A stretch of DNA of 9,746 nucleotides from the NCBI GenBank assembly GCA_000004985.1, contig GG739033.1; one strand, given 5' to 3'. Position 1 is the first letter of the stretch, and each line of letters opens with the position of its first letter. Under the pieces are notes generated by a model. That model was not told where the DNA came from. It searched no databases and was given only the letters and a program-made list of their open reading frames with translations. Below, one piece after another: positions 7,610-9,746 of the stretch. This DNA is from Naegleria gruberi (Eukaryota). The position numbers and the translations under genes are program-made.

Positions 7610-8337
7610 NNNNNNNNNNNNNNNNNNNNNNNNNNNNNNNNNNNNNNNNNNNNNNNNNNNNNNNNNNNNNNNNNNNNNNNNNNNNNNNNNNNNNNNNNNN
7701 NNNNNNNNNNNNNNNNNNNNNNNNNNNNNNNNNNNNNNNNNNNNNNNNNNNNNNNNNNNNNNNNNNNNNNNNNNNNNNNNNNNNNNNNNNNNNNNNNNNN
7801 NNNNNNNNNNNNNNNNNNNNNNNNNNNNNNNNNNNNNNNNNNNNNNNNNNNNNNNNNNNNNNNNNNNNNNNNNNNNNNNNNNNNNNNNNNNNNNNNNNNN
7901 NNNNNNNNNNNNNNNNNNNNNNNNNNNNNNNNNNNNNNNNNNNNNNNNNNNNNNNNNNNNNNNNNNNNNNNNNNNNNNNNNNNNNNNNNNNNNNNNNNNN
8001 NNNNNNNNNNNNNNNNNNNNNNNNNNNNNNNNNNNNNNNNNNNNNNNNNNNNNNNNNNNNNNNNNNNNNNNNNNNNNNNNNNNNNNNNNNNNNNNNNNNN
8101 NNNNNNNNNNNNNNNNNNNNNNNNNNNNNNNNNNNNNNNNNNNNNNNNNNNNNNNNNNNNNNNNNNNNNNNNNNNNNNNNNNNNNNNNNNNNNNNNNNNN
8201 NNNNNNNNNNNNNNNNNNNNNNNNNNNNNNNNNNNNNNNNNNNNNNNNNNNNNNNNNNNNNNNNNNNNNNNNNNNNNNNNNNNNNNNNNNNNNNNNNNNN
8301 NNNNNNNNNNNNNNNNNNNNNNNNNNNNNNNNNNNNN
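7610..8337. other. Assembly gap or masked region (728 N), plus a single n at 7580.
   Basis: Run of n characters. Confidence 1.
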
Positions 8338-8501
8338 TACAAAAAGTAAAAACAATAAAAAAGTTAAATGACATGATTAATAATTCAATATGACAATGCT
8401 CGATCTGTATTTTGACATTGAAAATTTCTATGACATTTGTCACATTAAAAAAATCAAAAAATGATTAGAGTGATATCCTACTTTTTTATGTTGTTGTGTA
8501 G

Positions 8502-8577
8502 TCGGAATGTTTTTGAATATACGAAGTGTAATTGGATATTCGGAATGTTTTTGAATATGCGAGATGTTGCTGTGTGT
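8502..8577. repeat. Two tandem ~38-bp units of a short repeat family (TCGGAATGTTTTTGAATAT[A/G]CGA[A/G]...). It lies in a larger degenerate repeat block of about 8460-8600.
   Basis: The 19-bp perfect repeat TCGGAATGTTTTTGAATAT occurs at 8502-8520 and 8540-8558. The full 38-bp units are about 76% identical. Flanking motifs GATTAGAGTGAT (8463) and GATTAGAATGAT (8581), and TGTTGTTGTGT / TGTTGCTGTGT, are also repeated. Confidence 0.7.
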
Positions 8578-8685
8578 TCAGATTAGAATGATGTTATTTT
8601 TTTTTAAATTGGTGGTTTATTCTAAACTATTTGTGTATCCATGCGAAATCTTTGTACTCCTTATTTAACGGTATTTTTTAAGTAA

Positions 8686-8740
8686 TGGAGCCTGTGACTT
8701 TAAAGAGATCCAATTAATGTAATAAAGAGCTGATTTTTCC
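8686..8740. repeat. Dispersed ~50-bp homologous segment (copy A): GGAGCCTGTGACTTTAAAGAGATCCAATTAATGTAATAAAGAGCT.
   Basis: It aligns with 9066-9120 (GGAGCCCATGCTTTTAAAGTCATCCAAAAAATGATTAAAAGCT) at about 75-80% identity. Both lie in an ORF-free AT-rich region. Confidence 0.5.
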
Positions 8741-9065
8741 TGATCAACATATTTGCGTTAATTGGCTTCATAATCTATCTGATTGATTCATAAAAACCTC
8801 AATTTAAATAACTAATGGACAATGAATTAAAGAGTGAAAAAACCCCGCCAAAAAAATAACATAAAAAACTGGGATCGAGAAGCTCAGTTTACATCATCGT
8901 AATGAGAGCATGGTATAGGTTAATATTTCACAGATATAATCAAATATATGTAATAAAAACATTATGAAACATTCACATATTGAAACATTATAGTAAAAAG
9001 AGCGGAACCTTATCTATTATTTAGGTCAAGTTTCTTTTTCTTTTTCTAGGCAAATTTGTTAAACT

Positions 9066-9120
9066 CGGAGCCCATGCTTTTAAAGTCATCCAAAAAATGA
9101 TTAAAAGCTTTGAAGATCAC
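9066..9120. repeat. Dispersed ~50-bp homologous segment (copy B).
   Basis: See copy A at 8686-8740. Confidence 0.5.
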
Positions 9121-9704
9121 ACAATTCATAAAATGTTTAGTATTGCTCCATATTACAGAATTTCTAACAATGAAAATGGTCTGGTTATGAAATAATGCTG
9201 TTCTATTAAAAGAATGAAATATTACCTGGAAAAAATAAGTATTAAAAAAAATTCATTCAAGCGCTGATTTCTATCTCCACAACAAAAAGGACTGAATCTG
9301 TGATTATTTCATGGTATATTGAAATCACTGTTTACATATATTAATTAAAGTCTCATGTGGTGAGGTGTCGTAAAACAAAAATTAAAGACCGAGTCCAACA
9401 AACACATAATTTTTGAATCAATTTTTGACTTATTAAAAACTTTGACTTATGTTTTCTAAGGTTCCTAATAACATAAACCAGTTATTTCATGCTACCATCG
9501 TTGTAGGTAAAGAAAAAGGTGTTGACTATTGGGGAAATCTGAATAGACGTTCATTCAGAAGCTTTTAGCATTCATTTATTATCTTTGTTCCATCATTCAG
9601 AATCTTTATTCAGGCCATTGGTTTCATGCAAAATACATTCTGAATTTCAGAATCTTTTCTTCCATTCTAAAGTCTTGTTTTTCGTTTAAAATGGAGTGCG
9701 CACA

Positions 9705-9746
9705 TTTATTATGCTGTTGAATATGCGAAATGTTGCTGAATATTCG
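9705..9746. repeat. Another copy of the same ~38-bp repeat family, running off the window end.
   Basis: TTGAATATGCGAAATGTTGCTG (9717-9738) matches 8552-8573 (TTGAATATGCGAGATGTTGCTG) at 21 of 22 positions. The following AATATTCG matches the unit junction ATATTCGgaatg. Confidence 0.65.

Noticed and set aside
8368-8450. Cluster of ATGACA / TGACAT motifs just after the third gap (about 5 copies).
   Set aside because: Short AT-rich hexamers recur easily at this base composition. The gap leaves the region without a gene context, so they cannot be interpreted.
1-9746. Prokaryotic-style novel system (defence island, operon, CRISPR), tRNA or rRNA genes.
   Set aside because: The sequence has a spliceosomal intron, eukaryotic start contexts, low-complexity S/N/Q proteins and scaffold gaps. 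I found no CRISPR-like regular repeat-spacer array, no tRNA T-arm (GGTTCRAnYCC) matches and no rRNA-like GC-rich conserved blocks.

Overview
This is eukaryotic nuclear DNA from an AT-rich genome. Evidence: a GTAAGT...AG spliceosomal intron, A-rich contexts before start codons, S/N/Q-rich low-complexity proteins, and long poly-N runs typical of scaffold gaps. It is not a prokaryotic accessory region; there is no operon structure, CRISPR array, tRNA or rRNA. Three N runs (1000-2208, 3147-5213, 7610-8337) remove about 41% of the window, and every gene call is truncated by a gap or by the window edge. I can support four protein-coding genes. (1) A minus-strand first exon at 366->1 encodes the N-terminus of a single-pass, type-II-like membrane protein. 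The ORF track does not list it because it runs off the window edge. (2) A plus-strand ORF at 2255-3146 encodes an S/N/Q-rich low-complexity protein and runs into a gap. (3) A minus-strand gene starting at 5760 (or 5808) has an N-terminus that is a clear BTB/POZ domain. It is convergent with gene 2 across the gap. (4) A plus-strand LOG-family gene (cytokinin riboside 5'-monophosphate phosphoribohydrolase, also annotated lysine-decarboxylase-like) has exon 1 at 7232-7439, a 138-bp AT-rich intron at 7440-7577, and exon 2 starting at 7578. The split codon a|tg restores the conserved GGGxxGLMG motif. The most interesting non-genic structure is a 659-bp non-autonomous DNA transposon or MITE at 6062-6720. 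It has perfect 12-bp terminal inverted repeats (TAGATCGCGGGA), weaker extended subterminal similarity, and a perfect 8-bp target-site duplication TTCCTTAA that fits the hAT target consensus nTnnnnAn. It sits between the BTB gene and the LOG gene. Other observations: an 18-bp perfect palindrome upstream of gene 1; a strongly G-depleted CA-rich leader before the LOG gene; a tandem ~38-bp repeat family at 8502-8577 with another copy running off the window at ~9705-9746; and a pair of ~50-bp dispersed homologous segments. I cannot support any previously undescribed multi-gene system in this window. The lineage guess (social-amoeba-like or fungal-like AT-rich eukaryote) is inference only.
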